From the NCBI GenBank assembly GCA_963665095.1, contig OY762069.1:1504001-1568000 (forward strand): 64,000 bases of DNA. Direction: 5' to 3'. Below are positions 21,994 through 32,751 of this stretch, one piece after another. Position numbers and translations under genes: made by a program. The stretch is from an uncultured Desulfobacter sp. (GTDB lineage Bacteria > Desulfobacterota > Desulfobacteria > Desulfobacterales > Desulfobacteraceae). A model generated the notes under the pieces. It was not told the DNA's origin, did not search any database, and saw nothing but the letters and a program-made list of their open reading frames with translations. Within the stretch, counting starts at the first letter, position 1. Each line of letters opens with the position of its first letter.

Positions 21994-23310
21994 CAGTAGT
22001 GTCCGGTTAGGTTGTTGCATATAAAAAACATCTAAAATTATTCAAAAAAACGTCATTTTTATGTTGACAAATGTGCGTATAAATTTTTGCGCGCCTTGAA
22101 AAATTTTATCAAGGAGCCCAAATGACGCGCATTTCAATTACCAAAGCCACAATACAGTCCCTGAATTTTGACAAGTTTCGTGACCCTCTGATAAGGTCGT
22201 TTCCACAAGCACCAGAATTGAAATCTCGAGGAGACCGACCGTTAAAAATGACATTCGAAGACCAGATAAATGCCCTGATTTATTTCCATCTGCAGGAACA
22301 CAAATCAGCCCGGCATTTAGTCCAAGATCTCAAGGAAAATATTTTTGCCAAAGAACATATTGCTCCGGAAGGCGGTATCAGCCGCAGTAGCTTTTGCGAA
22401 GCAGTCAACCACCGAGGGCTTGAACAACTGCAATTTTTGTTCGAAGACCTTTATAAACAGGCTGTTGGGTGTCTACCAAAGGAGCATGCTGAGTTGGGCG
22501 ATCTGGTATCCATTGACGGCAGTCTTATAAATGCTGTTCTTTCAATGCATTGGGCCAACTACAGGAAAGGAAGCAAGAAAGCCAAAGCACATTGCGGATT
22601 TGATATTAATCACGGCATTCCAAACAAAATATTTCTGACAGAGGGCAATGGAGCTGAGCGTCCTTTTGTTCCAAAGATACTTTCCAAAGGGCAAACCGGT
22701 GTCATGGATCGTGGTTATCAATCACATCACGATTTTGATCTGCTTCAGGCGCAGGGCAAGCATTTTGTTTGCCGTATAAAAGCCAAAACAACCAGAACGG
22801 TAATTGATACTCACGAAGTCAACGCTGACAGTTACATCTTTTATGACGCTCTGGTTCTTCTTGGCACTCCGAATCAAAACCAGACGAAAATGCCGGTTCG
22901 GGTTGTTGGCTATAAAATTGCCGGTGTGAAATACTATGTGGCAACGGACAGGCATGATTTAACAGCAGAACAAATAGCGACCGTTTATAAACTCCGGTGG
23001 ACCATTGAAGATTTTTTCAAATGGTGGAAAGAGCACCTGAAAGTTTACCACCTCATTGCCCGTAGTGAATATGGCCTCATGGTGCAAATCCTTAGTGGCC
23101 TCATCACGTACCTGTTGCTGGCAATCTATTGCCGAGACGAATTTAACGAGAAGGTTTCTGTTAAAAGGGTTCGACAGCTAAGAACAGCCATCTTGAATGA
23201 TCTGATCGAGCAGAACCAGGGTGTGACTGAGGGTTTAAACAGAGACAATATTGTCAAAGATCAAAAAATCACAAGTACAGCGCAAGCAAAAACCTAACCG
23301 GACACTACTG
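21994..23310 (+). mobile_element. IS4-family insertion sequence, 1317 bp
   Basis: 20-bp perfect inverted repeats CAGTAGTGTCCGGTTAGGTT; 9-bp target duplication CTTCAGATT (21985-21993 / 23311-23319). Confidence 0.95.
22122..23297 (+). CDS. IS4-family transposase
   Basis: IDGS, MDRGY and YKLRWTIEDFFKWWK motifs. Confidence 0.92.
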   Translation: MTRISITKATIQSLNFDKFRDPLIRSFPQAPELKSRGDRPLKMTFEDQINALIYFHLQEHKSARHLVQDLKENIFAKEHIAPEGGISRSSFCEAVNHRGLEQLQFLFEDLYKQAVGCLPKEHAELGDLVSIDGSLINAVLSMHWANYRKGSKKAKAHCGFDINHGIPNKIFLTEGNGAERPFVPKILSKGQTGVMDRGYQSHHDFDLLQAQGKHFVCRIKAKTTRTVIDTHEVNADSYIFYDALVLLGTPNQNQTKMPVRVVGYKIAGVKYYVATDRHDLTAEQIATVYKLRWTIEDFFKWWKEHLKVYHLIARSEYGLMVQILSGLITYLLLAIYCRDEFNEKVSVKRVRQLRTAILNDLIEQNQGVTEGLNRDNIVKDQKITSTAQAKT

Positions 23311-24783
23311 CTTCAGATTATGAAATTCCTGATAAAGTGAATCCCATGAGGATAAACTGTCCGAATTCAAAATGTAATTTTAATGAGGGCCTTCCCATCT
23401 GGCTGATAGATACGGATGTCTATCATTTTCGACCATCTTTGATAATTGGGACTGCTGATAAATTTGCCAGAATTCCATGGGTTAAAGAAGCCGGGAATAT
23501 TTTTGGATGTGACGGGAAATCAGAGCCCCCCGAGTTGATTATTCAGGACGAGCTCCATCTGATATCCGGGCCCTTGGGCACGCTTGCCGGCCTGTATGAA
23601 ACCGCTGTTGACAAGTTATGCTGTTCAAAAGACGGTTTCGGACCGAAGATAATTGCCTCAACTGCAACCATCCGCAATGCAGAAAGGCAGGTTAAAGACT
23701 TATTTTGCAGGAAAGTGGCCCAGTTTCCTCCTGCCGGACTTAATTACAATAATTCTTTTTTTGCCAAGGAGGACAGAAATGCCCCGGGAAGAATTTATGC
23801 CGGTGTTTTCACTCCAGGTACGAGCCCTACAACGGCCTTGGTAAGAACATTTGGTATTCTTCTGCACGGAGGGAAAAAAATTGAATACGATGATGGTGTC
23901 AGAGATGCTTACTGGACTTTGATGGGGTATTTTAACAGTTTGCGAGAACTTGGCGGGGCCAGTGTGCAGGTGGAAGACGATGTCAATGATTACCTCAAAG
24001 TCTGTGCAGAAAGGGACGGAGACAAGAATGATTACAGAATGGTTCAATATAAAAAAGAGCTGACAGGCAGAGTCCCTTCTGCTGAATTGGATGAGATTAG
24101 ACTGGGATTGTCAAACTCTTTTCCCGATGAAACCTGTTATGACGCAGTATTGGCAACAAATATGATTTCCGTCGGATTGGATGTCCCCCGTTTGGGGGTA
24201 ATGGCCGTTGTAGGGCAGCCTAAATCTACTTCGGAATATATACAGGCAACCAGCCGTATAGGCCGGCGTTTTCCCGGGCTCGTTGTTGTATTATACAACT
24301 GGACTAGATCTCGTGATAGATCTCACTATGAACGGTTTAATGCTTATCATTCGAAACTATACAGCGAAGTCGAGGCGACAAGCGTTACCCCTTTTTCTTC
24401 AAGAGCCAGGGACAGGGGGCTTCATGCCGTAGTGATAAGCCTTGTCCGGCACCTGATCCCCAGTATGAGGGATAATTCCGCTGCCGTGGAATTTAAAGGG
24501 AACTCTGACGCAGTTAAACAGATGGTAAAATATATTCTTGAGCGAGTGAACAATATAGATGACAAAGAAACATTTGATACAAAAAAAGCTCTGGAAGAAA
24601 TTCTTGATAAATGGGACAGACTCGCTCTTGACGGAGACCTTGAATATCAAAAAAAGGGAATAAAAGATGTCAGGTCTCTTATGATTCCAATAGAAAAAAT
24701 AAAATTAGACTCCAATTCATTTGGCACACTTAATTCACTGCGAAATATTGATCCGGCTGCAGGATTGAAACTGGAGGGGTAGC

Positions 24784-26499
24784 ATGAGTTCAATTGGAGA
24801 AATACAAAGAAGTCAGTTGATTACAACCTATGGGATTGGTTCTATTTATGATGCCCGTGACTATTCTGTTATCATTGCCTGCCAGGATGACTGGGAGATA
24901 AAGAATACAGAAATTATTTATGAAGAACGTCTCCAGAAAAAGCTTGGCAAGGAATATTTTAGACAGCCTGGTGTTATCGAAAATATTCCCACTATTCCTT
25001 CATATAGATTTCCGGAATGGGTTTTCTGTCCAAAATGTAAAAGTTTAAGACATATTCGCAAACTTAATGAAAGAAAACAAAAAAAGTGCGCTATATGCAA
25101 GGTAAACTATGTTCCTGCAAGGTTTATAATTGCTTGTGAAAATGGGCATTTGAGCGATTTCCCATGGGAATGGTGGGTTCATGAAGGAGAAATTTGCGAG
25201 ACTCCCAAGCTAAAAATTCATACGACCGGCAGCACAACTTCACTGGCAGGGATAAGTGTTAGCTGTGAGAATTGCCCAGCGTCCCGTACGCTTGAGGGGA
25301 TTTTTGGTCGATACGCATTAAAAGGATTCAAGTGTTTTGGAAAAAAACCATGGATGGGTCCTTATGAGAAAGGTGAAGAGTGTTCAGAATCGCCAAGGGT
25401 TCTACAGCGTGGTTCGGCCAGCGTTTATTATTCCCAGACGGAATCTGCCATCTCAATCCCCCCATACTCTGAAAGAATTCATGATTTTTTAAGGCAGTTT
25501 GATGACGACCTTGAATATATCCCGGAAAACTTATTAGAAAAATGGCTGGAAGGCAAGATGGAAAAAACCGGTGAACGGTTTGATATGGAAGCTTTGCTCA
25601 AAGCAGTAAAATTTAGAAAAGATCCGGATAAAAATAAAAATCAACATGACTCTGATTTACGGCAGGCTGAATACGAAGCGTTGTGCAATCCTGGGAAGAT
25701 GGATCCGGCAAATGAATTTGCTGCTGAACAGGGCAGTGTCCCAATAATGTACAAAGAACAAATTTCAAAAATTGTTCTGGTACATCGGCTGCGAGAAGTG
25801 AAGGTCTTAACAGGATTTAACCGAATCATCCCTGACAATGGTAAGACCGCTCCTATAAGTAAAAAAGAACAAAATTGGCTGCCTGCCGCCGAAATGAAAG
25901 GCGAGGGAATTTTTATAGAACTTGCGAGCCGCTCGATGGAGAAATGGGTTTCAAATTGTAGCTCTCAAATTTCAAACAGGATTAAAAAACTTGAAAAGAA
26001 TAGACAGACACTGCTTGAACATAACAAGGTTTGGACGGTTGAGCATACTGTTACACCTCAGTTTTTAATCCTGCATACATTGGCTCATATTCTTATCCAG
26101 CAGTTGATCCTTGACTGTGGATATTCCAGTTCTTCTCTGAGAGAACGGCTTTATTACAGCGATGGCAGAAAAGGGCAAAAAAAGATGAACGGTTTTTTGA
26201 TTTATACTGCTACTTCTGATTCAGAAGGAAGTTTAGGGGGGCTTGTTAGACAAGGAGAACTTTCCCGTTTTACAGCTGTTTTGAATAAATCCTTTGAAAA
26301 TGCGCGCTGGTGTTCAAGTGACCCACTGTGCATAGAATCAGAAGGACAGGGTAATAATTCGTTAAATCTTGCTGCATGCCATTCCTGCTGTCTTCTTCCG
26401 GAAACTTCATGTGAATATCGAAATTCTTACCTGGATCGTGGAGTAGTAGTCGGATTAGGAGACGCTTCAACACAAGGATTTTTCCCTGAAATTTTATAA
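24784..26499 (+). CDS. drmB: DISARM DrmB-like DUF1998 protein
   Basis: RSQLITTYGIGS, PARFIIACENGH, LHTLAHILI, SEGSLGGL, CSSDPLC and AACHSCCLLPETSCE motifs. Confidence 0.88.
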   Translation: MSSIGEIQRSQLITTYGIGSIYDARDYSVIIACQDDWEIKNTEIIYEERLQKKLGKEYFRQPGVIENIPTIPSYRFPEWVFCPKCKSLRHIRKLNERKQKKCAICKVNYVPARFIIACENGHLSDFPWEWWVHEGEICETPKLKIHTTGSTTSLAGISVSCENCPASRTLEGIFGRYALKGFKCFGKKPWMGPYEKGEECSESPRVLQRGSASVYYSQTESAISIPPYSERIHDFLRQFDDDLEYIPENLLEKWLEGKMEKTGERFDMEALLKAVKFRKDPDKNKNQHDSDLRQAEYEALCNPGKMDPANEFAAEQGSVPIMYKEQISKIVLVHRLREVKVLTGFNRIIPDNGKTAPISKKEQNWLPAAEMKGEGIFIELASRSMEKWVSNCSSQISNRIKKLEKNRQTLLEHNKVWTVEHTVTPQFLILHTLAHILIQQLILDCGYSSSSLRERLYYSDGRKGQKKMNGFLIYTATSDSEGSLGGLVRQGELSRFTAVLNKSFENARWCSSDPLCIESEGQGNNSLNLAACHSCCLLPETSCEYRNSYLDRGVVVGLGDASTQGFFPEIL

Positions 26500-26520
26500 A
26501 CAAAATCGAAGGCTTTTAAA

Positions 26521-28260
26521 ATGGCAAAGATGATACCGAACTTTATTCATCCTGACTGTAAAAGCAACGCTGAAAAATTAATATTCCAAAAATTTAGCGC
26601 TGAGTTGTCGGATAACTATTCGGTACTGCATTCACTTGGAATTGCTAAACATGGTGGAAAATTACGAGGAGAGATTGATTTCGTAGTTGTGTGTCCCAAG
26701 GGTATTCTCTGTATTGAAGTAAAGGGGGGCAGAATAAAACAGGAAAACGGAATTTGGTATTTTACAAACAAATTTGGTGAATCTTTTGCAAAAAAAGAAT
26801 CGCCTTTTGAGCAGGCATCTTCTGGAATGTATGCTCTACGAAAAGGGCTGGAAAAAAAGTTCGGCTGGAATTCGCCGCAATGTCAATCTATTTTAGGTTA
26901 TTGTGTCTTCTTTCCTGATCAGAAATTCTCACTGGAATCCCCGGAATGGGATCTTAATCGACTTATTGATGAAAAAAAATTAACAGAATCAATCTCAACC
27001 CTGATAGAGATGCAATATAATTATTCCATGGAGGAAATAGCGCGGATTACAGGAAAGAAAAATTTCCCTTTTATGTCCCAATCTGAAGTAAGCCTTTTGT
27101 TAAGATATCTTAGGCCGAATTTTGAAAAAATTCCTTCACTGTCATCTATAATTCAAGAAAACCACCGACATCTGCTTAAAATGACAGAGGAGCAGTTTGA
27201 CATACTGGACCAGTTGGCGGCCAATGACCGCATACTGATTCAAGGTGGCGCAGGCACAGGCAAAACGGTTCTTGCCGCCGAAAAAGCCCGTCGAGAAATT
27301 CAGAAAGGCAAACGTGTGCTCTACCTGTGTTATAACAAGCTTCTGGCTACCCATATCCAAGCCAGTTTCCAGGACGAAATAAAACATGGCTTAATAGAAA
27401 TCAACACCCTGCATAGCTATGCAAAAAAAATAATTAAAAATGCCGGACTTGCTTTGCGGCTGAATGAGAATACAGACGAGGATCTTTTCAGAGAAAAGTA
27501 CCCTGATGTTTTTGAGCAGGCAGTTGTTGAATTGTTTGAGGCGCCGCCTTTTGATATCTGCATTGTTGATGAGGGACAAGATTTAAGATTCGAAGCTTAT
27601 ATAAAAATGATAGACTGGCTTATCGAGGGCGGTATCCAGAATGGAAGATGGGTGTGGTTTGAAGATAGCCAACAGAATATTTTTAATGTCGGCGTCATTG
27701 ACGGTATTTCTATAGTTGAAGAAAGCAGACCCGTTGTCTGCCAGTTGACCAGGAACTGTAGAAACACAAAACCAATAAGCATCTTTAACAGTTTAACCAC
27801 AGGTGTCCCAAAACAGAAATGCCTCGTAAACAAGGGCCTGAAAGTCGATTCAACTTTTTTTAGAAGTAAAAAGCATCAACAGAAACTTCTGGAGAATCTC
27901 TTGCAAAAACTTTTGGGGGGAGGCATTGTGGCTGAAGACATTGTTTTATTGTCTCCATTTACAAAACAAAAATCCGTTTTAGATAATTTAGACTCAATTG
28001 CCGGGATGACGCTGAAAGAATATCCTGCACAGAAATCCAATCACTCTAAAATCCTTCAATATACAACTGTTCAGAAATTTAAAGGTTTGGAATCAAAAGT
28101 GGTGATTGTTACTGATATACTGAAATTAAAAGAATCTGTTGCTAAAAGTATCAACTATGTTGCGTTCTCCAGAGCAACTTCTTATCTTCAAGTGCTTATG
28201 CATGAAAGCACAGAAAAGGACTATGGCGACCTTGCATTTGAATTTGCATTGAGAGATTAA
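26521..28260 (+). CDS. NERD nuclease-domain / SF1 helicase fusion
   Basis: EIDFVV...IEVKGG (NERD), GGAGTGKT, VDEGQD, NCRNT, FKGLES and YVAFSRA motifs. Confidence 0.85.
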   Translation: MAKMIPNFIHPDCKSNAEKLIFQKFSAELSDNYSVLHSLGIAKHGGKLRGEIDFVVVCPKGILCIEVKGGRIKQENGIWYFTNKFGESFAKKESPFEQASSGMYALRKGLEKKFGWNSPQCQSILGYCVFFPDQKFSLESPEWDLNRLIDEKKLTESISTLIEMQYNYSMEEIARITGKKNFPFMSQSEVSLLLRYLRPNFEKIPSLSSIIQENHRHLLKMTEEQFDILDQLAANDRILIQGGAGTGKTVLAAEKARREIQKGKRVLYLCYNKLLATHIQASFQDEIKHGLIEINTLHSYAKKIIKNAGLALRLNENTDEDLFREKYPDVFEQAVVELFEAPPFDICIVDEGQDLRFEAYIKMIDWLIEGGIQNGRWVWFEDSQQNIFNVGVIDGISIVEESRPVVCQLTRNCRNTKPISIFNSLTTGVPKQKCLVNKGLKVDSTFFRSKKHQQKLLENLLQKLLGGGIVAEDIVLLSPFTKQKSVLDNLDSIAGMTLKEYPAQKSNHSKILQYTTVQKFKGLESKVVIVTDILKLKESVAKSINYVAFSRATSYLQVLMHESTEKDYGDLAFEFALRD

Positions 28261-28277
28261 AATATATTCGAGGGCAG

Positions 28278-31200
28278 ATGTCAGAAATCAAAATAATTTA
28301 TGATCTCCAGAGATTCACAAATGAAATCGATTCTCTTTATCAACTGATTGCAGAAGAACAAGGTCGGTGTCTTGCAAATTATGAGCATGTTGGGCGGACT
28401 GTACCTGAGCGGATTTCATTTGAAGAGATTGATTTAAGTCCTCTTAAAAACAGACTGCTGTCCGTTCATAAGACTCTTGAATATAAGGGAAGGTTTTTAT
28501 CTCCCCAAAGAGCCCGAAAGGCCCGAATCATAGCTATCGGCGGGATATGTGAACTCATTAAAGATGGGTATGTCGGTAAGTTTTGGGACCTTTACAGAAG
28601 TCATATTGGTGAAGATAACCGAGGTTTCGTATATGACAAAATATGGGCTAAAGGGTTTAAGGAATCTGGAATTGAATTGATTCAGGGAGAGAGGAGGGAA
28701 TTTGTTCAAACCCTTGTCATGGAAAGTGGGGTGCCGAAGGAGAGAACAGGAGATATAATTTCCTTTTTTGAAATTTACTGGCGATACTTGAGGCCTATGG
28801 ACGTAAAGGAAATTATTTCAGATTTAAATGAGAATTCATATCTTTCTTTTCGCAAAGTGCCAAGGCTGGAACGTAGTAAACTAAAAAAACTGTCAGAAAA
28901 TGCTTCAGAATATACAAGAGCATTTGTAAGGGCTGTAGACAGGTTGACTGCGGTATTTGATTTCATCTCTGAATCTGAAAAAATTCATGGCGGAAATGTA
29001 AGAGAGTTTGCAAACGAAATTTTTAAGGGAACAGGCATTCATCCTTTTAGTTTTCTTCGTAATCACGAACAGCTCGAACTCTTGTATAAAAAACTGCTTG
29101 GGTATGTTACACCCTCAAAATTTAAAAAAATTATAGAAACTAAACCTCCCAATACCCTCATCACCACGCCTGATGGGAAAAAGATAAAAGCGCACCAGTA
29201 TCACAATATTATTTTTGGAGAACATTTACTGGAAAACGCATTATTTTTTTGTGTGCCCGATAAAAATTTTGATCTAAAAAAATTGAAATCGATTCAACAT
29301 AATAGAATTGAAAAGTTCGGCAATTCAGTGTTACTGAAATCGAATGCTGATATTATTCCACGGGTTAATTCGTCTTTAAGAAATGACCTCGTTAATACTT
29401 TTTATTTCAATAAGGAAAAATGTGGAAATATTTTTTATTTCCGAGATATATCTGGATGCAGCATACACCTTAAAACTTCAGATAAAAAAGTTAATGATTT
29501 CATATATGGTGATGATGGATTCTCTGGTAATTGTTTTTTGATGGCAGAAAAAAAGAATGATACGATTTCCCTCCATCTTAAGGTAAAGACCTTACGATTA
29601 TTGTGCAGGGGGCTTCGAGATAAAAATATCCTGTTTAAAATTCCTGAATATAATTTGCTTATTCATGAAGGAAGGTGTGATCCAACAGGCTTGGCAAGAT
29701 GTTCAGAAAGAAGGTTCCCCATAGAAAACCCCCAACCCGGCAATATAGAAATCCAGGCAACAAAAATTAATAAGCATGGAGGAGACGCCCCTGTCTTTTT
29801 AAGCAACGGAGGCAAGGCTTCGATATTAGAGTGTCTGGATGATGTAATGCTTTTTCATGCAGGCTCTGGATATCGTATCCGGCCCAAAAAGGCTGGTCAA
29901 GGCTACTCAATCGGTGGAGACAGTTTCTTTCTGTTTTGCTCAGAAGCTGTGTTGCAAAAACGTGTTAGAAAAGCAAACCTCAGGATTGAAAAGTCAATAA
30001 AATATGGAAAATATTTTGTTTCTCTTATTGTCTGGAAAGACACCAGTTTACCCTGTTCTTTCTCTATTGAAAATAATATCGGTGATAATATCACATGGAA
30101 ATTTGAAAAGTGTGTCAATTTTAATATTTGGGTGGAGAAAAAAAAGAAGGACCGCGCAACTCATCTTAAATTTAATGGATACCAGGGTCAGCACCCGAAT
30201 AACTTTGAACTCAAGATATATCCTTTCCCCTCGATTGAATATCAGAAAACATTGTTTTGGAGTATTTCTTTGAATGACTGCTCACCGTATATCATAGAAG
30301 TGGGAAATTGTTGTCAGGATGAGCACAAAAAATCATGTTTTTATGAGAACTATTTAAGTGAGCTGTTAATGCCGGTTTGGAGTGGACAAAAACCAAGCAA
30401 TACAAAAGTTGAGATAGCATTGTGTACACTTGATTTTGTTTTTTCCATGACCCAATTTTATCTATTGCCTGATATAGCCATCAAGCTTCCCGAAGCTGTT
30501 CGATTAAACGACGAATTTAAGATCAAAGTATTATGGGGAGAAAATCAGAAGTGCCAGGATGTTCTTTTAAAAAATAGAAGAGGCAGAAGTCTTGTCACAG
30601 CAGGATTTCAATTCAAAAACAATTCGTGGCAGATATTTAAAAAGCGTCATATTTCAGATTTTTTAATCCCAGATGTTGATACCGTCGTCAGAATAGAAGC
30701 CGAACAGCCTCTTAGAAGTATATTGTTGGGTAATCGCGAACGGCTATATAAAGAGCGTCTAAGAGATTTGAAAGTTACAGAATTAGCCGAATATGACCTG
30801 CTTGTCGTAGAGCCGGGTAATAATATCCCTTCTGTTTCAGTAAATGGCATAGCGTATAATGATTCTTTTGTAAAAAATGATTTCGGGGTATGGTCTTTAC
30901 CTCTTGGTGCAATGCCAGGTCTTAACCAATTTCAAAATTCAATAATAATCAACGCCGGAGATGAAAGTTCCACGTTTAATATTTTCTGTCCAATGACAAT
31001 TAGGAATATCTGTTTTGATGATAGTCTTTTTTGCAATGCTTTGAGCGGGAAATGTTCTTTTGCGGGTCCGAATGGATCCGAAATAGTAATTCGTGTTTAT
31101 CCTGAGAAAGATAAAAAAGAAGATATATTTTTAGAAAAAAAATATGTGGCACCTGGGATGCAAGATGTTGACATTGATTTCTCACTTGATCTACCTGTTT

Positions 31201-31574
31201 TTGAAGAATTTTTGCCAGATCAACTTTTTGTTAGTGTCTTTTATTCTAATGAAAAAGGTGGATTAATTGAGTATGAAAAGTCGTTTTGTGTTAGTTCAGA
31301 ACGACACTTATGTAAAACAAAGTTTCATAAAATAAAACAAAGAATAGATCAGGACCTCAAGGAACACAAAACATATTCTGCCAAACGCCTTCTCGAATTG
31401 GCTGCTCCTTATGTCCCCGGTTTCCAGGAAAAATGGTTTAACGTTCAATGGAACAGGGTTTGGGGTGAGTATATTAGGAAAACTTTAGATTCGGCAGCAT
31501 CTCAGATTACGACAATTCTCAAAGAAAACTATCTGATTGATTTTACAGGTGATGAATACAATGGGAAAAAGTGA
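28278..31574 (+). CDS. Large hypothetical protein (1098 aa)
   Basis: Long intact ORF, GAGG RBS, co-directional with the defence genes; no confident motif. Confidence 0.75.
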   Translation: MSEIKIIYDLQRFTNEIDSLYQLIAEEQGRCLANYEHVGRTVPERISFEEIDLSPLKNRLLSVHKTLEYKGRFLSPQRARKARIIAIGGICELIKDGYVGKFWDLYRSHIGEDNRGFVYDKIWAKGFKESGIELIQGERREFVQTLVMESGVPKERTGDIISFFEIYWRYLRPMDVKEIISDLNENSYLSFRKVPRLERSKLKKLSENASEYTRAFVRAVDRLTAVFDFISESEKIHGGNVREFANEIFKGTGIHPFSFLRNHEQLELLYKKLLGYVTPSKFKKIIETKPPNTLITTPDGKKIKAHQYHNIIFGEHLLENALFFCVPDKNFDLKKLKSIQHNRIEKFGNSVLLKSNADIIPRVNSSLRNDLVNTFYFNKEKCGNIFYFRDISGCSIHLKTSDKKVNDFIYGDDGFSGNCFLMAEKKNDTISLHLKVKTLRLLCRGLRDKNILFKIPEYNLLIHEGRCDPTGLARCSERRFPIENPQPGNIEIQATKINKHGGDAPVFLSNGGKASILECLDDVMLFHAGSGYRIRPKKAGQGYSIGGDSFFLFCSEAVLQKRVRKANLRIEKSIKYGKYFVSLIVWKDTSLPCSFSIENNIGDNITWKFEKCVNFNIWVEKKKKDRATHLKFNGYQGQHPNNFELKIYPFPSIEYQKTLFWSISLNDCSPYIIEVGNCCQDEHKKSCFYENYLSELLMPVWSGQKPSNTKVEIALCTLDFVFSMTQFYLLPDIAIKLPEAVRLNDEFKIKVLWGENQKCQDVLLKNRRGRSLVTAGFQFKNNSWQIFKKRHISDFLIPDVDTVVRIEAEQPLRSILLGNRERLYKERLRDLKVTELAEYDLLVVEPGNNIPSVSVNGIAYNDSFVKNDFGVWSLPLGAMPGLNQFQNSIIINAGDESSTFNIFCPMTIRNICFDDSLFCNALSGKCSFAGPNGSEIVIRVYPEKDKKEDIFLEKKYVAPGMQDVDIDFSLDLPVFEEFLPDQLFVSVFYSNEKGGLIEYEKSFCVSSERHLCKTKFHKIKQRIDQDLKEHKTYSAKRLLELAAPYVPGFQEKWFNVQWNRVWGEYIRKTLDSAASQITTILKENYLIDFTGDEYNGKK

Positions 31575-32751
31575 TAACCTTGATGCAAAAAAAGCATGTT
31601 TTGAGAGCTTGCTTTCGGAAATGCCTTGGAATGATTTAGTCAGCGTAATAAAATTCGAGGGTAAACTAAAAAAAGGCGGTTTTCGTCTTAACTCTAAAAA
31701 TCGTAATGTAATTCAAGCAAACTTGATTCCAAAATGTTTGGCAAACCAAGAGTTGCAGTTCTCTTTTTTTAAGACATGGTTTAATGCTAAATCAGAATAT
31801 TTTGATTTGCTCGAGCCTTTTTTTAATTCTGAAAAACATGATGAACTGATTAAAAATTTAGAATTAGAAAATGGATTTTATACCTTTGATGATGAGTATT
31901 TTTTAAAATTTTTAAAAATATTAAAAGCGAATGATGTCGAAAAATTCATTATGTTAAGTCCAATCCACTTTACTGAGATGCAGAAATCTATTCTTTTGAG
32001 TATGGCGAGCATTGCCTGTGATGCATGCGCAGGGAATAGTAGTTCCTATCAGGAAACGAATTTGGCTCAACAAAAAGAAATAAAGAACGAGCTGAAAAAA
32101 TACAAAAAAACTGTTGGAACTATTGAGAAAAAAAATAAAGACTTATACAAACAAATGGAAACTCTCCAAAAACAGCTTGAGAGTCAAAAAGAAAAATATT
32201 CGAAGATTATTGCACATCATGAAATGTCTTTGAGGGACACGGAACAGAAAATTATAGCCCTGGAAAAAGAAAATGAAGTCGGTAACAATGAAATCCGAGA
32301 TATAAAAAAGCTATTGATGTCAAAAAACATAGAATTCCAGAATCTTGAAAAAGAAAACGGTAGAATTAAAAAAAATGGGGTGACTGTAAAACTCAGCCAT
32401 ATTTTTGCACAAGTCGAAATGCAAAAATTATTGGAGGAACTCCAAATACCGGACGACTTTAGGCAACAACTAGAAAATTCTGTAAAATTCTCAGATGATG
32501 ACTTGGACGCAGATACAGAAATAAGCTTTAAGTCTTTTTGGGAATCAAATATTTTATTGGAGTACGAATTATTTGATTTAATAGATAATTTTTACACTGA
32601 TGACGTGATTGATAAAAAGTATTTCCCAAACTGGGCAACGATAAAAGATAAATTTAATGATTTAAAATTTTCACTTTCATCTAGACGATATCTTATAGAT
32701 ATCACCCACAGAATTTTAAGACAGTATTATGAAACCCATAATTTGAACTGA
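31561..32751 (+). CDS. Hypothetical protein with a central coiled coil
   Basis: ATG overlaps the end of the previous gene; K/E/Q-rich heptad-like segment in the middle of the protein. Confidence 0.7.
   Translation: MGKSDNLDAKKACFESLLSEMPWNDLVSVIKFEGKLKKGGFRLNSKNRNVIQANLIPKCLANQELQFSFFKTWFNAKSEYFDLLEPFFNSEKHDELIKNLELENGFYTFDDEYFLKFLKILKANDVEKFIMLSPIHFTEMQKSILLSMASIACDACAGNSSSYQETNLAQQKEIKNELKKYKKTVGTIEKKNKDLYKQMETLQKQLESQKEKYSKIIAHHEMSLRDTEQKIIALEKENEVGNNEIRDIKKLLMSKNIEFQNLEKENGRIKKNGVTVKLSHIFAQVEMQKLLEELQIPDDFRQQLENSVKFSDDDLDADTEISFKSFWESNILLEYELFDLIDNFYTDDVIDKKYFPNWATIKDKFNDLKFSLSSRRYLIDITHRILRQYYETHNLN

Larger units (their letters stand above)
20307..24782 (+). pseudogene. drmA: DISARM DrmA-like SF2 helicase, interrupted by IS4
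   Basis: LLWFPTGGGKTEAYLG, MRYTLRLLT, IIQDELHLISGPLG, QATSRIGR and RDRSHYERF motifs; halves rejoin in frame (IIPSDYEIPDKVNP). Confidence 0.85.
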
